Part shown: positions 29,331-39,404 of the stretch, piece by piece | Layout: the number at the start of each line of letters is the position of its first letter | How positions within the stretch are numbered: position 1 is the stretch's first letter | Translations under genes and position numbers: made by a program | Assembly (NCBI GenBank): GCA_017428725.1 | Contig: JAFRQH010000025.1 | Coordinates: 30,869-94,868 of the forward strand | Length of the DNA stretch: 64,000 nt | Source of the DNA: Bacteroidales bacterium | Lineage (GTDB): Bacteria; Bacteroidota; Bacteroidia; Bacteroidales; UBA932 | Direction of reading: 5' to 3' | The notes under the pieces: model-generated | What the model was told of the DNA's origin: nothing | Seen by the model: the letters and a program-made list of their open reading frames with translations, nothing else | Database searches by the model: none

Positions 29331-30683
29331 ATGGGAGACTACAAAGCATTTTTGACGATACCCCGCAAGGAGGCCGGCTACCGGCCGGTGCGTGACCGCA
29401 TCCAGGATTTCGGGGAAGTGGAGCAGACGCTCAACGAAGGCGACCGCCGTCTCCAGGCGTCCCGCTGCATGGATTGCGGCGTGCCGTTCTGCAACTGGGC
29501 GTGTCCGTTGGGCAATCGCCCTCCCGAGTGGAACGACGCCGTGTTCAACGGGGATTTCGAGCTGGCCTACCGCTTGCTCAACGCCACCAACGACTTTCCG
29601 GAGTTCACCGGACGTGTGTGCCCGGCGCTCTGCGAGAAGGCCTGCGTGCTGAACCTCACGATGCACCAGCCTACCACCAACCGCGAGAACGAGGCGGCCA
29701 TTACGGAGATCGCTTATCGCGAGAATTTCGTCCGGCCCGTGAGTCCGGAGCGCAACGGCTGCAAGGTGGCCGTGATCGGTGCCGGCCCTGCGGGGCTTGC
29801 CGCCGCGAATCGGCTCAACCGGATGGGCTACACCGTGACGGTCTTCGAGAAGAATGAAAAGGCCGGCGGCCTGCTTCGTTTCGGCATTCCGAATTTCAAG
29901 CTCAACAAAAAGGTCATCGACCGCCGCATCGCCCTGATGGAAGCAGAGGGAATCATCTTCCGTTACGGCGAAGAAGTGGCGCCGGACGCCCTCCCGAAGG
30001 GCTTTGACGCCTACGTCATCGCCACCGGTACGCCTGCGGCGCGCGACCTGAGCGTGCCCGGGCGCGAACTGAAGGGCGTCTATTTCGCCCTCGACCTGCT
30101 CGCCCAGCAGAACCGTGTGTTGTACGGCGCCGAAGTGGATGCCGTGCAACGCGTAAGCTGCAAAGGCAAGGACGTCCTGGTAATCGGCGGTGGCGACACC
30201 GGCTCCGACTGCATCGGCACGGCGCACCGCCAGGGCTGCAAGTCCGTGATGCAGATCGAGATCATGCCCAAACCGCCCGTGGGACCGGACGATCCGACGA
30301 ATCCCTGGCCGGCCTGGCCGCGGACGCTCAAGACCTCCTCTTCCCACGAAGAGGGCTGCGAGCGCCGCTGGAACATCAACACCCTCCGTTTCCTCGGAGA
30401 AAAAGGCAAACTGACCGGCGTGGAGATCCAGCCCATTGACTGGAAACCCAACCCGGATGGCGGACGTCCCGTCATGGTGCCCGCCGGAGACCCGGAAGTG
30501 GTCAAGGCGGACATCGTCCTGCTGGCGATGGGCTTCCTGAAGCCGCAGCTGCCCGAGGTGGGGGAGAACGTCTTCTTCGCCGGCGACGTGCAGAGCGGCG
30601 CATCGCTGGTCGTCCGCGCGATGGCTTCCGGCCATGCGGCCGCCGAAACCCTGGATGCATATTGCAAGAAGTTGGGAAAATGA
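29331..30683 (+). CDS. gltD: Glutamate synthase small subunit
   Basis: RCMDCGVPFC..CP, GRVCPALCE, GAGPAGL, GGGDTGSDC. Confidence 0.96.
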   Translation: MGDYKAFLTIPRKEAGYRPVRDRIQDFGEVEQTLNEGDRRLQASRCMDCGVPFCNWACPLGNRPPEWNDAVFNGDFELAYRLLNATNDFPEFTGRVCPALCEKACVLNLTMHQPTTNRENEAAITEIAYRENFVRPVSPERNGCKVAVIGAGPAGLAAANRLNRMGYTVTVFEKNEKAGGLLRFGIPNFKLNKKVIDRRIALMEAEGIIFRYGEEVAPDALPKGFDAYVIATGTPAARDLSVPGRELKGVYFALDLLAQQNRVLYGAEVDAVQRVSCKGKDVLVIGGGDTGSDCIGTAHRQGCKSVMQIEIMPKPPVGPDDPTNPWPAWPRTLKTSSSHEEGCERRWNINTLRFLGEKGKLTGVEIQPIDWKPNPDGGRPVMVPAGDPEVVKADIVLLAMGFLKPQLPEVGENVFFAGDVQSGASLVVRAMASGHAAAETLDAYCKKLGK

Positions 30684-32299
30684 TGAATACCAAGTACATC
30701 TTTATCACAGGCGGTGTGGTTTCCTCCCTCGGGAAGGGGATCATCTCCGCCAGCCTCGGCAAGCTGCTGCAGGCGCGTGGATTCAAGGTCACCATCCAGA
30801 AATTCGACCCCTACATCAACATCGACCCGGGTACGCTCAATCCCTACGAGCACGGGGAATGTTACGTGACTGCGGACGGTATGGAGACCGACCTGGACCT
30901 GGGACATTACGAGCGTTTCACGGGCATCCGTACCACGCGCGAGAACTCCATCACCACCGGCCGCATCTACAAGACCGTCATCGACCGCGAGCGCCGGGGC
31001 GATTACCTCGGCAAGACCATCCAGGTGGTGCCCCATATCACCGATGAGATCAAGCGCCGGATGCTGCGGAAGGACGTGAAGGGAGAGGAACTGGACTTCG
31101 TGATCACCGAGGTGGGCGGTACCATCGGCGACATCGAGAGCGCCCCCTTCATGGAGGCCATCCGGCAGTTGCGCTGGCAGCTGGGCCGGGACGCCGTGTG
31201 CGTCCACCTGACCTACGTGCCCTACCTGAAAGCGGCCGGAGAGTTGAAGACAAAACCTACACAGCACAGTGTCAAGGAGTTGCAGGGAATGGGCATCCAG
31301 CCCGACATCCTGGTCCTGCGTACCGAGCGCCACCTCGACGATGCGCTGCGCATGAAGGTTGCCTCGTTCTGCAACGTGGACCTGGAATGCGTGGTGCAGA
31401 GCGAGGACCTGCCCAGCATTTACGAAGTGCCCGTAAACATGCAGCGGCAGGGGCTCGACGCTGCCATCCTCCGCAAGATCGGCATCCCCGTGGGCGAGAC
31501 GCCCGCGATGGCCTCCTGGCACGCTTTCCTGGAGAAGCAGCGCAATGCCAGCCGCGAGGTGCACGTGGCCCTGGTGGGCAAATACGACTTGCAGGATGCC
31601 TACAAGAGCATCCGCGAGAGCCTCAACCTGGCCGGCATCTACGAAGACGTGAAGGTAAAGATCCATTTCGTCGGCAGCCAGGGAATTACGCGTGAGAACG
31701 CGGAGGAGAAACTCGCCGGCATGGCGGGTATCGTGATCTGCCCGGGGTTCGGCCAGCGGGGGATTCCGGGAAAGATCTTCGCTGCGGAATATGCCCGGAC
31801 GCACGGTGTGCCCTGCTTCGGCATCTGCCTGGGCATGCAGATGATGGTGATCGAATTTGCCCGGAACGTCCTGGGCCTTGCCGATGCCGACAGCAGCGAG
31901 ATGAACCCCAAGACGCCGCACAACGTCATCGACTTGATGGAGGAGCAGAAAGGCATCATCCAGCTGGGCGGCACGATGCGGCTTGGGGAATACCCCTGCC
32001 GGCTTCGGCCCGGCAGCCTCGCCGGCAAGGCATACGACGGGCAGGAAAGCGTCCGGGAGCGTCACCGCCACCGTTACGAGTTCAACAACCGCTATCGCGA
32101 GGATTTTGAGCGGGCCGGCATGCAGTGCGTGGGCGTAAACCCCGATGCCGACCTGGTGGAGATCGTAGAGATTCCTTCGCTGCCTTGGTATCTGGGCACG
32201 CAGTTCCACCCCGAGTATTCTTCGACCGTGCTGCATCCGCATCCGCTGTTCATGAGTTTCATCAAAGCCTGCATCGATCATGGAACAGTTGAAGCATGA
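30680..32299 (+). CDS. pyrG: CTP synthase
   Basis: Start MMNTKYIFITGGVVSSLGKG overlaps the gltD stop; KTKPTQHSV, GICLGMQ, RHRHRYE, QFHPE. Confidence 0.97.
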   Translation: MMNTKYIFITGGVVSSLGKGIISASLGKLLQARGFKVTIQKFDPYINIDPGTLNPYEHGECYVTADGMETDLDLGHYERFTGIRTTRENSITTGRIYKTVIDRERRGDYLGKTIQVVPHITDEIKRRMLRKDVKGEELDFVITEVGGTIGDIESAPFMEAIRQLRWQLGRDAVCVHLTYVPYLKAAGELKTKPTQHSVKELQGMGIQPDILVLRTERHLDDALRMKVASFCNVDLECVVQSEDLPSIYEVPVNMQRQGLDAAILRKIGIPVGETPAMASWHAFLEKQRNASREVHVALVGKYDLQDAYKSIRESLNLAGIYEDVKVKIHFVGSQGITRENAEEKLAGMAGIVICPGFGQRGIPGKIFAAEYARTHGVPCFGICLGMQMMVIEFARNVLGLADADSSEMNPKTPHNVIDLMEEQKGIIQLGGTMRLGEYPCRLRPGSLAGKAYDGQESVRERHRHRYEFNNRYREDFERAGMQCVGVNPDADLVEIVEIPSLPWYLGTQFHPEYSSTVLHPHPLFMSFIKACIDHGTVEA

Positions 32300-34025
32300 G
32301 TGCGGCGTGGCGATGATCCGCCTGCTCAAGCCGCTTTCCTACTACGAGCGGAAATACGGCACGTCCCGTTACGGCCTGGAGAAGCTGTATCTGATGATGG
32401 AGAAACAGCACAACCGCGGGCAGGAGGGGGCCGGGCTGGCTTATGTGGACCTGGAAGCGGAGGTCGGGACGGAGTATATGTTCCGCGAGCGGGCGGAAGG
32501 CCCGGACGCCATCACGGAGATTTTCAAACGGGTGGACGCTTCGGCCAAGGCCCAGCTGTATATGGGCCATCTCCGCTATTCCACCACCGGGAAGAGCGGA
32601 CTGAGTTACGTGCACCCTTATCTGCGCCGCAACAACTGGCGGGCGAAGAACCTTTGCCTGTGCGGCAACTTCAACATGACCAACATCGACGAGGTCTTCC
32701 ATTTCCTGACTGCCCAGGGGCAGTCTCCCCGGTTGTACGGCGATGCATACATCACGCTCGAGCTGATGGGACACAGGCTGGACCGGGAGGTGGAGCGGCT
32801 GTTCGACGAAGCCACGGACAAAGGACTGGAACGGCTTGACCTGACGCGCTACATCGACGACCATATCTGTATGGCTAACGTGCTGCGTACCACGATGTCC
32901 CACTACGACGGGGGATATGTGATGTGCGGGCTCACCGGAAGCGGCGAGATGTTCGCCGTGCGTGACCCATGGGGCATCCGTCCGGCTTTCTGGTACCGCG
33001 ACGACGAGATCGTGGTCCTGGCGAGCGAGCGCCCCGTGATCCAGACGACCTTCAACCTGGAGGCCGGAGATGTGCGCGAACTTCTGCCCGGACAGGCCCT
33101 GATCGTACGGAAAAAAGGTGAGAGCCTGCTCGAGCAGATCCTGCCCGCCAGGAAACTGAGCGCCTGCTCGTTCGAGCGCATCTACTTCAGCCGCGGCTCC
33201 GACCGTGACATCTACCGGGAACGCAAGCGGCTGGGGGAGCAGTTGACGGAACCCATCCTGAAGGCCATCGGCGGTGACGTGGCACATACGGTCTTCTCCT
33301 ATATCCCCAACACGGCGGAGGTGGCCTTCCACGGGATGACGGACGGGATACGCAGGCTCGACCACGACGTGCGCATCGAGAAAGTGGTGTGGAAGGACAT
33401 CAAGTTGCGTACGTTCATCACCGAAGGTGCGGAGCGGGACAACCTGGCCGCCCACGTCTATGATGTCACGTACGGCTCCTTGGTGCCGTACGAAGACAAT
33501 CTCGTGGTCATCGACGATTCCATCGTGCGCGGGACCACCCTGCGGGAGAGCATCTTCAAGATCCTCGACCGCCTGCACCCCAAGAAGATCGTGATGGTGT
33601 CGAGTTCTCCCCAGATCCGCTATCCGGACTACTACGGCATCGATATGTCGCACCTCGAGGAACTCTGCGCCTTCCGCGCGGCCATCGCCCTGATCCGGGA
33701 TCACGGGATGCAACAGAGGATCGCAGACGTTTACCGGGCCTGCAAGGCCTATCCCGCCGCCGCGAACCACGTGCAGGAGATCTATGCCCCGTTCACCGTC
33801 GGACAAATCAATGCGAAAATCGTGGAGATGCTGCGCCCGGAGGGGATGCAGGCGCCTGTCGAACTGGTGTACCAGAGCGTCGAGGGCCTGCACCGCGCCT
33901 GCCCCGACCATCCGGGCGACTGGTATTTTACCGGGAATTATCCGACGCCCGGAGGTGTCCGCCTCTGCAATGAGGCATTCGTGAACTACGTTGAGAATGT
34001 AATGGGATTCCAATTGCAACTGTAG
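32280..34025 (+). CDS. purF: Amidophosphoribosyltransferase-like class II glutamine amidotransferase
   Basis: KHECG Ntn Cys, HNRGQEG, GHLRYST, FERIYFSRG, PRPP motif VIDDSIVRGTT. Confidence 0.82.
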   Translation: MEQLKHECGVAMIRLLKPLSYYERKYGTSRYGLEKLYLMMEKQHNRGQEGAGLAYVDLEAEVGTEYMFRERAEGPDAITEIFKRVDASAKAQLYMGHLRYSTTGKSGLSYVHPYLRRNNWRAKNLCLCGNFNMTNIDEVFHFLTAQGQSPRLYGDAYITLELMGHRLDREVERLFDEATDKGLERLDLTRYIDDHICMANVLRTTMSHYDGGYVMCGLTGSGEMFAVRDPWGIRPAFWYRDDEIVVLASERPVIQTTFNLEAGDVRELLPGQALIVRKKGESLLEQILPARKLSACSFERIYFSRGSDRDIYRERKRLGEQLTEPILKAIGGDVAHTVFSYIPNTAEVAFHGMTDGIRRLDHDVRIEKVVWKDIKLRTFITEGAERDNLAAHVYDVTYGSLVPYEDNLVVIDDSIVRGTTLRESIFKILDRLHPKKIVMVSSSPQIRYPDYYGIDMSHLEELCAFRAAIALIRDHGMQQRIADVYRACKAYPAAANHVQEIYAPFTVGQINAKIVEMLRPEGMQAPVELVYQSVEGLHRACPDHPGDWYFTGNYPTPGGVRLCNEAFVNYVENVMGFQLQL

Positions 34026-34142
34026 TAGGTAATAGTTCTATAAACAATTAATTATAAGGAACTTGCGAAATATGTCGTTTCGCTTGTCAGGGGGGTTATA
34101 TGCCCTTGTGTATGCAGATCAACCCAAAAACAATAGTAGTGT

Positions 34143-34490
34143 ATGAAAAAGATTGAAGCAATCGTCCGGAAGACGAAATTCGAGGAGGTCAAGGAGGCCT
34201 TGCTCGAAGCAGACATCAACTGGTTTGAGTACCACAATGTGCATGGCATCGGCCAGAGCCGGGAGGAGCGCATCTACCGTGGCGTCCAGTATTCTACGGA
34301 TGTGATCGAGCGTGTTGCGCTGACCATCGTCTGCCGCGACCAGTTCGTCGATCCTACCGTCGAAGTGATTCTTAAGACGGCCTCGACCGGCGAGATCGGA
34401 GACGGCCGTATTTTCATCAGCGATGTGATCGATACCTGGTCCATCCGCACCGGTGAGCACGGCGACACGGTCCTGCGCGACAAGAAGTAA
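34143..34490 (+). CDS. glnB: P-II family nitrogen regulatory protein (GlnB/GlnK)
   Basis: MKKIEAIVR, T-loop YRGVQY, TGEIGDGRIF; adjacent to amtB. Confidence 0.94.
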   Translation: MKKIEAIVRKTKFEEVKEALLEADINWFEYHNVHGIGQSREERIYRGVQYSTDVIERVALTIVCRDQFVDPTVEVILKTASTGEIGDGRIFISDVIDTWSIRTGEHGDTVLRDKK

Positions 34491-34528
34491 TGTTAGTAGT
34501 TGTTTAATTCATTCAAAATTATTGCCTT

Positions 34529-35749
34529 ATGGAAGATTTAGCTATTTCCCTCGATACTGTATGGATGTTGTTGGCTGCGATGCTCGTTTTCTTCATGCAA
34601 CCGGGCTTTGCACTGTGTGAGGCGGGTTTCACCCGCAGCAAGAACACGGCGAACATCCTGATGAAAAATTTCGTGGATTTCATGTTCGGCTCCCTGTTGT
34701 TCTGGTTCGTCGGCTTCGGCTTCATGTTCGGCAGCGACGGCGCCGGCTTCATCGGCGCGCCCAACTGGGGCAGCCTGTCTTTTTACAAGAGCGACCTGCC
34801 CGTGGAGGGTTTCCTGGTTTTCCAGACGGTCTTCTGCGCCACTTCCGCGACGATCGTAAGCGGTGCCATGGCAGAGCGTACGAAGTTCTCCATGTACTTG
34901 GTATACAGTGCGTTCATTTCCCTGTTCATCTACCCGATCGAAGGTCACTGGACCTGGGGCGGCGGCTGGCTGAGCGAGCTGGGCTTCCACGATTTCGCCG
35001 GTTCGGCGATTGTCCACAGCGTGGGTGGTGTGCTGGCGCTTATCGGTGCGATCGCACTCGGACCCCGGATTGGCAAGTATGCCCCGGACGGCAAGAGCCG
35101 GGCTATTCCCGGCCACAACCTGACGATGGCTGCTCTCGGTGTCTTCATCCTCTGGATGGGCTGGTTCGGTTTCAACCCGGGCAGCCAGCTCGCCGCCAGT
35201 GGGGAAGTGAACCGTACGGCGATCTCGCACGTCTTCCTGACCACCAACCTCGCGGCGGCCGCTGGCGGTGTGGCAACGATGTTCGCGACATGGTGGAAAT
35301 ACGGTAAACCGTCGCTCTCGTTGACCCTCAACGGAATCCTGGCCGGTCTCGTCGGCATCACGGCGGGCTGCGATCTCGTCTCCCCGCTCGGGGCAGTCAT
35401 CATCGGCCTGATCTGCGGTATCGTGCTGGTCTTTGCCATCGAGTTCATTGACCGAAAACTGCATATCGACGACCCGGTGGGCGCCTCCAGCGTGCACGGT
35501 GTCTGCGGTATCCTCGGTACGCTCATGACGGGCCTGCTGGCTACGGACGGTGGTCTCTTCTATGGCGGCGGCTGGCACTTCTTCGGTGTGCAGGCCCTTG
35601 GCATCGCGGTCATTGACCTCTGGGCCGTTGCGACTGGCTGCCTGCTCTTTTTCGGCATCAAAAAGCTCCACGGTCTGCGTGTCGGCAAGCGTGTTGAGGA
35701 GGAAGGCCTCGATATTTACGAGCACGGCGAAAGCTGCTACAATGCCTAA
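34529..35749 (+). CDS. amtB: Ammonium transporter
   Basis: FMQPGFALCEAG, DFAGSAIVH, GWFGFNPGS, IDDPVGASSVHG (twin His present). Confidence 0.97.
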   Translation: MEDLAISLDTVWMLLAAMLVFFMQPGFALCEAGFTRSKNTANILMKNFVDFMFGSLLFWFVGFGFMFGSDGAGFIGAPNWGSLSFYKSDLPVEGFLVFQTVFCATSATIVSGAMAERTKFSMYLVYSAFISLFIYPIEGHWTWGGGWLSELGFHDFAGSAIVHSVGGVLALIGAIALGPRIGKYAPDGKSRAIPGHNLTMAALGVFILWMGWFGFNPGSQLAASGEVNRTAISHVFLTTNLAAAAGGVATMFATWWKYGKPSLSLTLNGILAGLVGITAGCDLVSPLGAVIIGLICGIVLVFAIEFIDRKLHIDDPVGASSVHGVCGILGTLMTGLLATDGGLFYGGGWHFFGVQALGIAVIDLWAVATGCLLFFGIKKLHGLRVGKRVEEEGLDIYEHGESCYNA

Positions 35750-35782
35750 TTCTTTTGTTTAACTTCTAAAATGTAATTCCTT

Positions 35783-36499
35783 ATGAAAAAGATAATTGCT
35801 ATCATCGCTGCTGTAGTCCTGCCTTTCACTTCCCTGACTTCAGCCAGGGCACAGGACAAGCTGGAAGCTTCTGTCGGTGCTGACTTCGTCAGCCGCTACA
35901 TCTGGCGTGGCTTTGACCTGGGCGGCGTGTCCTTCCAACCGACGCTCGGCCTCGGCTGGAAGGGGCTGAGCCTGTCGGCCTGGGGATCGGTCGGAATCGC
36001 CAATCCGGCCGACACGAAGGAGTTCGACCTGACGCTTAGCTACACGATCGGCGGCTTCAATATCGGTGTGACGGATTATTGGTTCGATGCGGGTCTGGAC
36101 CCGCTGAACCGTTACTTCATGTACCGTTCCGACTGCACGAACCACGTCTTCGAGGCCAATATCGGTTATGATTTCGGCTTCGCCGCCATCCAGTGGTACA
36201 CCAACTTCGCCGGCAATGACGGTGTGAACCCCGCCGGCAAGCGCGCCTTCAGCAGCTATCTGGAACTCAGCGCTCCGTTCACCCTCGGCGGTGCGGACTG
36301 GTCGGCAGCCGTCGGCGTGGTTCCGTTCGCCACGGATTTCTATGGCACGGAGAAGTTCGCGCTGGTCAATCTCTCGCTGACCGCGTCGAAGGAGATCGCC
36401 ATCACGGACAGTTTCTCCATCCCCGTCTTCGCGCAGGTTGCAGCCAATCCGTACAGCCGGGAGGCCTTCTTCGTGATCGGTTTCACGCTGCAGCCGTAG
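35783..36499 (+). CDS. Outer-membrane beta-barrel protein (TorF-like putative porin)
   Basis: Signal peptide, GADFVSRYIWRG..QP N-terminus, alternating aromatic strands, C-terminal GFTLQP; directly after amtB. Confidence 0.75.
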   Translation: MKKIIAIIAAVVLPFTSLTSARAQDKLEASVGADFVSRYIWRGFDLGGVSFQPTLGLGWKGLSLSAWGSVGIANPADTKEFDLTLSYTIGGFNIGVTDYWFDAGLDPLNRYFMYRSDCTNHVFEANIGYDFGFAAIQWYTNFAGNDGVNPAGKRAFSSYLELSAPFTLGGADWSAAVGVVPFATDFYGTEKFALVNLSLTASKEIAITDSFSIPVFAQVAANPYSREAFFVIGFTLQP

Positions 36500-36552
36500 C
36501 GGTACCGTTCAATCGGAGTACAACCGTCGTTTCGTTTTAGTCGTTTATATTT

Positions 36553-36577
36553 ATTCCGGGCATGATCCGGAATCTCC
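36553..36577. repeat. REP-like palindromic element, copy 1
   Basis: ATTCCGGGCATGATCCGGAATCTCC; 22/25 identical to 40704-40728; ATTCCGG/CCGGAAT arms. Confidence 0.6.
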
Positions 36578-36600
36578 AACAGGAACAAACAGTAAAGCCT

Positions 36601-38268
36601 ATGTGTGGAATAATCGGTATTTTCAATGTCAGGGAGCAGTCTGACGCCCTGCGCCGGAAGGCCTTGGAGATGAGTCGCAAGCTCCGTCACCGCGGACCGG
36701 ACTGGAGCGGTGTATGGTGCGGAGGCAGCGCCGTGCTGTGCCACGAACGCCTGAGTATCGTGGATCCGGAGTCGGGTGGACAACCCCTGATTTCTCCGGA
36801 CGGAAAGTTGATTCTGGCCGTGAACGGCGAGATCTACAACCATCAGGAGCTCCGCGGGCGCTATGCCGGGAAATATGAGTTCCGGACAGGCAGTGACTGC
36901 GAGGTCATCCTGGCTCTCTACCGTGACCGGGGGCCGGATTTCCTGGAGGAACTCAGTGGGATTTTCGCGTTCGCGCTCTACGACGTGGAACGGGACGAGT
37001 TCCTGATCGCCCGCGACCCCATCGGGGTGATCCCGCTGTATATCGGTTTCGACGATGCCGACGGGAAGGTGTATGTAGCCAGCGAACTCAAGGCCTTGGA
37101 AGGGCGGTGCGAACGCTACGAGCCTTTCCTCCCGGGGCATCTCTACTGGAGCCGGGAGCCTGGAATGAAGCGCTGGTACACGCGCGACTGGATGGAGTTC
37201 GATGCCGTGCGCTGCAACGCAACCAGCGTCCCGGAAATCCGTGAGGCGCTGATGGACGCCGTGAAACGCCAGTTGATGTCGGATGTGCCTTACGGGGTAT
37301 TGCTGTCCGGCGGTCTGGATTCCTCCGTCATTTCGGCCATCGCCGAAAAGTTCTGTGCGATGCGTATCGAGGACGATTCGCGGTCGCGTGCCTGGTGGCC
37401 GCGCCTGCACTCCTTCGCCGTTGGCCTGAAAGGAGCGCCGGACCTCGAAAAGGCGCGGCGGGTGGCGGAGCATATCGGTACGGTCCATCACGAGATCAAC
37501 TATACCATCCAAGAGGGTCTGGATGCTATCCGGGATGTCATTTATTTTACGGAGACCTATGACGTGACGACCATCCGTGCCTCTACACCGATGTACCTGC
37601 TTGCCCGTGTCATCAAGTCGATGGGCATCAAGATGGTGCTCTCGGGAGAGGGGGCGGACGAAATCTTCGGCGGCTATCTCTATTTCCATAAGGCCCCGGA
37701 CGCGCGTGCTTTCCACGAGGAAACGGTCCGCAAGCTTTCCCGGCTGCACCTATATGATTGTCTGCGGGCCAACAAGAGCCTGGCCGCCTGGGGCGTGGAA
37801 GGCCGTGTGCCTTTCCTGGACAAGGAGTTCCTGGACGTGGCTATGCGCTTGAATCCTGTATCGAAGATGTGCCCCGGCGTGATCATGGAGAAACGCATCG
37901 TCCGTGAAGCGTTTGCAGATATGCTGCCGGAAGAGGTCGTCTGGCGGCAGAAGGAGCAATTCAGTGACGGGGTTGGCTATTCGTGGATCGATACCCTGAA
38001 ACGGATGACCTCCGAGGCGGTCTCCGACGAACAAATGACACATGCGGCGGATCGATTCCCGATCCATCCGCCGCAGTGCAAGGAGGAGTACTATTACCGT
38101 TCGGTTTTCGCGGAACTATTCCCCAGCGAGAGTGCGGCTCGCTCGGTTCCCAGCGAGCCCAGTGTGGCCTGCTCGACCGCAGCGGCCCTTGCTTGGGATG
38201 CGTCGTTCAAAGGCAGGAACGATCCCAGTGGCCGCGCCATCGCAGGTGTCCACGAGCGGGCCTATTGA
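36601..38268 (+). CDS. asnB: Asparagine synthetase B (glutamine-hydrolysing)
   Basis: True start MCGIIG (Ntn Cys2), RHRGPDWSG, NGEIYNH, LLSGGLDSS, SGEGADEIFGGY. Confidence 0.97.
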   Translation: MCGIIGIFNVREQSDALRRKALEMSRKLRHRGPDWSGVWCGGSAVLCHERLSIVDPESGGQPLISPDGKLILAVNGEIYNHQELRGRYAGKYEFRTGSDCEVILALYRDRGPDFLEELSGIFAFALYDVERDEFLIARDPIGVIPLYIGFDDADGKVYVASELKALEGRCERYEPFLPGHLYWSREPGMKRWYTRDWMEFDAVRCNATSVPEIREALMDAVKRQLMSDVPYGVLLSGGLDSSVISAIAEKFCAMRIEDDSRSRAWWPRLHSFAVGLKGAPDLEKARRVAEHIGTVHHEINYTIQEGLDAIRDVIYFTETYDVTTIRASTPMYLLARVIKSMGIKMVLSGEGADEIFGGYLYFHKAPDARAFHEETVRKLSRLHLYDCLRANKSLAAWGVEGRVPFLDKEFLDVAMRLNPVSKMCPGVIMEKRIVREAFADMLPEEVVWRQKEQFSDGVGYSWIDTLKRMTSEAVSDEQMTHAADRFPIHPPQCKEEYYYRSVFAELFPSESAARSVPSEPSVACSTAAALAWDASFKGRNDPSGRAIAGVHERAY

Positions 38269-38276
38269 GTTCGCGT

Positions 38277-39305
38277 CTAGCGGCCGTGGGCGGCGCTGAC
38301 GGCGGCGTGGACGTTGTCGGCGATGTCCAGCGGGGAGGGGACGGAGCAGTCGGCACCGATCATCAGGCGGCCCTTGGGGCCGCTGGCGATGATCTCGCGG
38401 GTCATGGCGGCGATCTTCTCCGGGGACTCCTTGCCGATCTCGGCCTTGCGGTTGAAGCCGCCGAGCACAGGACGTCCGAACATCTCAACGGTCTTGGTCA
38501 GGGTCATCGGCTCGTCCGCAATCTTGAGCGGGACGTTGACGATCTTGCCGGGATAGTCCAGGTAGCGGGTCAGGTCGTCCATCGGACCTTCCCAGTCGCA
38601 GATGTGCAGGATGGTGATCTTGGTGTCCTTGTTGGCCTCGGTCATCACTTCCATATCGTAAGGCTTGATCATCGTCTCGAAGAAGCCGCCGGGGACCTTC
38701 AGGTCATAGAACTTCTGCTCGCCGCCCTGCGTGGCGGTGAAGAAGGCCTCGACGCCGATCTTCTTGCACTCGCGGATGTACCAGAGGATGGCCTTGGTGT
38801 AGGAGTCGAGCATACGCTTGTAGGCCTCGGGGCGCTCCACGGCCCAGCCGGGCAGGCGGTCGTCGCCGAAGCCTTGGCGGGCTACCTGGTGGGTGCTGAG
38901 GATGGTCGGCATCACGTAGACGTCCTTGCCCACGTAGGAGAGGACTTCCTTGATCACCTCGACGGTCGGGGCGTACCAGTCTTCAGGCACGAGCGGGGTG
39001 TCCATCGTCAGGTCCTCGACGCGGGGCATCGGCTGCTCGGTCTGGATCTTGAGCATATCGGCGCCGCCCTTGAGGAACAGGCTCAAGTGGGCCTTGACGG
39101 CGCCCTCACCGAGTTTCTGGTCGCCTCCGAAATGGCCGAAGAACAGGGCGGGGACATAGGAAGGGTCGAGGGTGCCGGCAACGAAGCGGTCCATCACTTC
39201 TTTCTTGTCGGCGGGGATGGGGTCGGAAGCCTGCTTGGGAGCACAGGACACGAAAAGGGAGGCCGCGAGGGCAGCCAGAAGGACGAGGTGCTTGCTCAGT
39301 CTCAT
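38277..39305 (-). CDS. Lipoprotein of the uroporphyrinogen decarboxylase / MtaA-MtbA methyltransferase fold
   Basis: Lipobox LFVSC; ILHICD and IGADCSVP (H-x-C...C Zn-site pattern); VLGGFNR; -7 element at 39362-39369 on the minus strand. Confidence 0.75.
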   Translation of the reverse strand: MRLSKHLVLLAALAASLFVSCAPKQASDPIPADKKEVMDRFVAGTLDPSYVPALFFGHFGGDQKLGEGAVKAHLSLFLKGGADMLKIQTEQPMPRVEDLTMDTPLVPEDWYAPTVEVIKEVLSYVGKDVYVMPTILSTHQVARQGFGDDRLPGWAVERPEAYKRMLDSYTKAILWYIRECKKIGVEAFFTATQGGEQKFYDLKVPGGFFETMIKPYDMEVMTEANKDTKITILHICDWEGPMDDLTRYLDYPGKIVNVPLKIADEPMTLTKTVEMFGRPVLGGFNRKAEIGKESPEKIAAMTREIIASGPKGRLMIGADCSVPSPLDIADNVHAAVSAAHGR

Positions 39306-39404
39306 AGGGAATCGGATGTTTTGTATTAGTTTAAAATTCAGGAAAGTAGTCAGATGGCAGACAAATATAGGGTTTTTTCGCGAAAAGGGAGTATATTTGG
39401 GAAT

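Noticed and set aside
34072-34146. 24-aa uORF (MSFRLSGGLYALVYADQPKNNSSV) overlapping the glnB start
   Set aside because: No marked codon enrichment and no terminator hairpin with a U tract; likely chance, though Ribo-seq could revisit it
36562-36600. In-frame AsnB N-terminal extension MIRNLQQEQTVKP that looks Q-rich
   Set aside because: AsnB needs an N-terminal Cys (MCG at 36601), and the upstream ATG lies inside the REP-like palindrome; no terminator follows, so it is not a second attenuator
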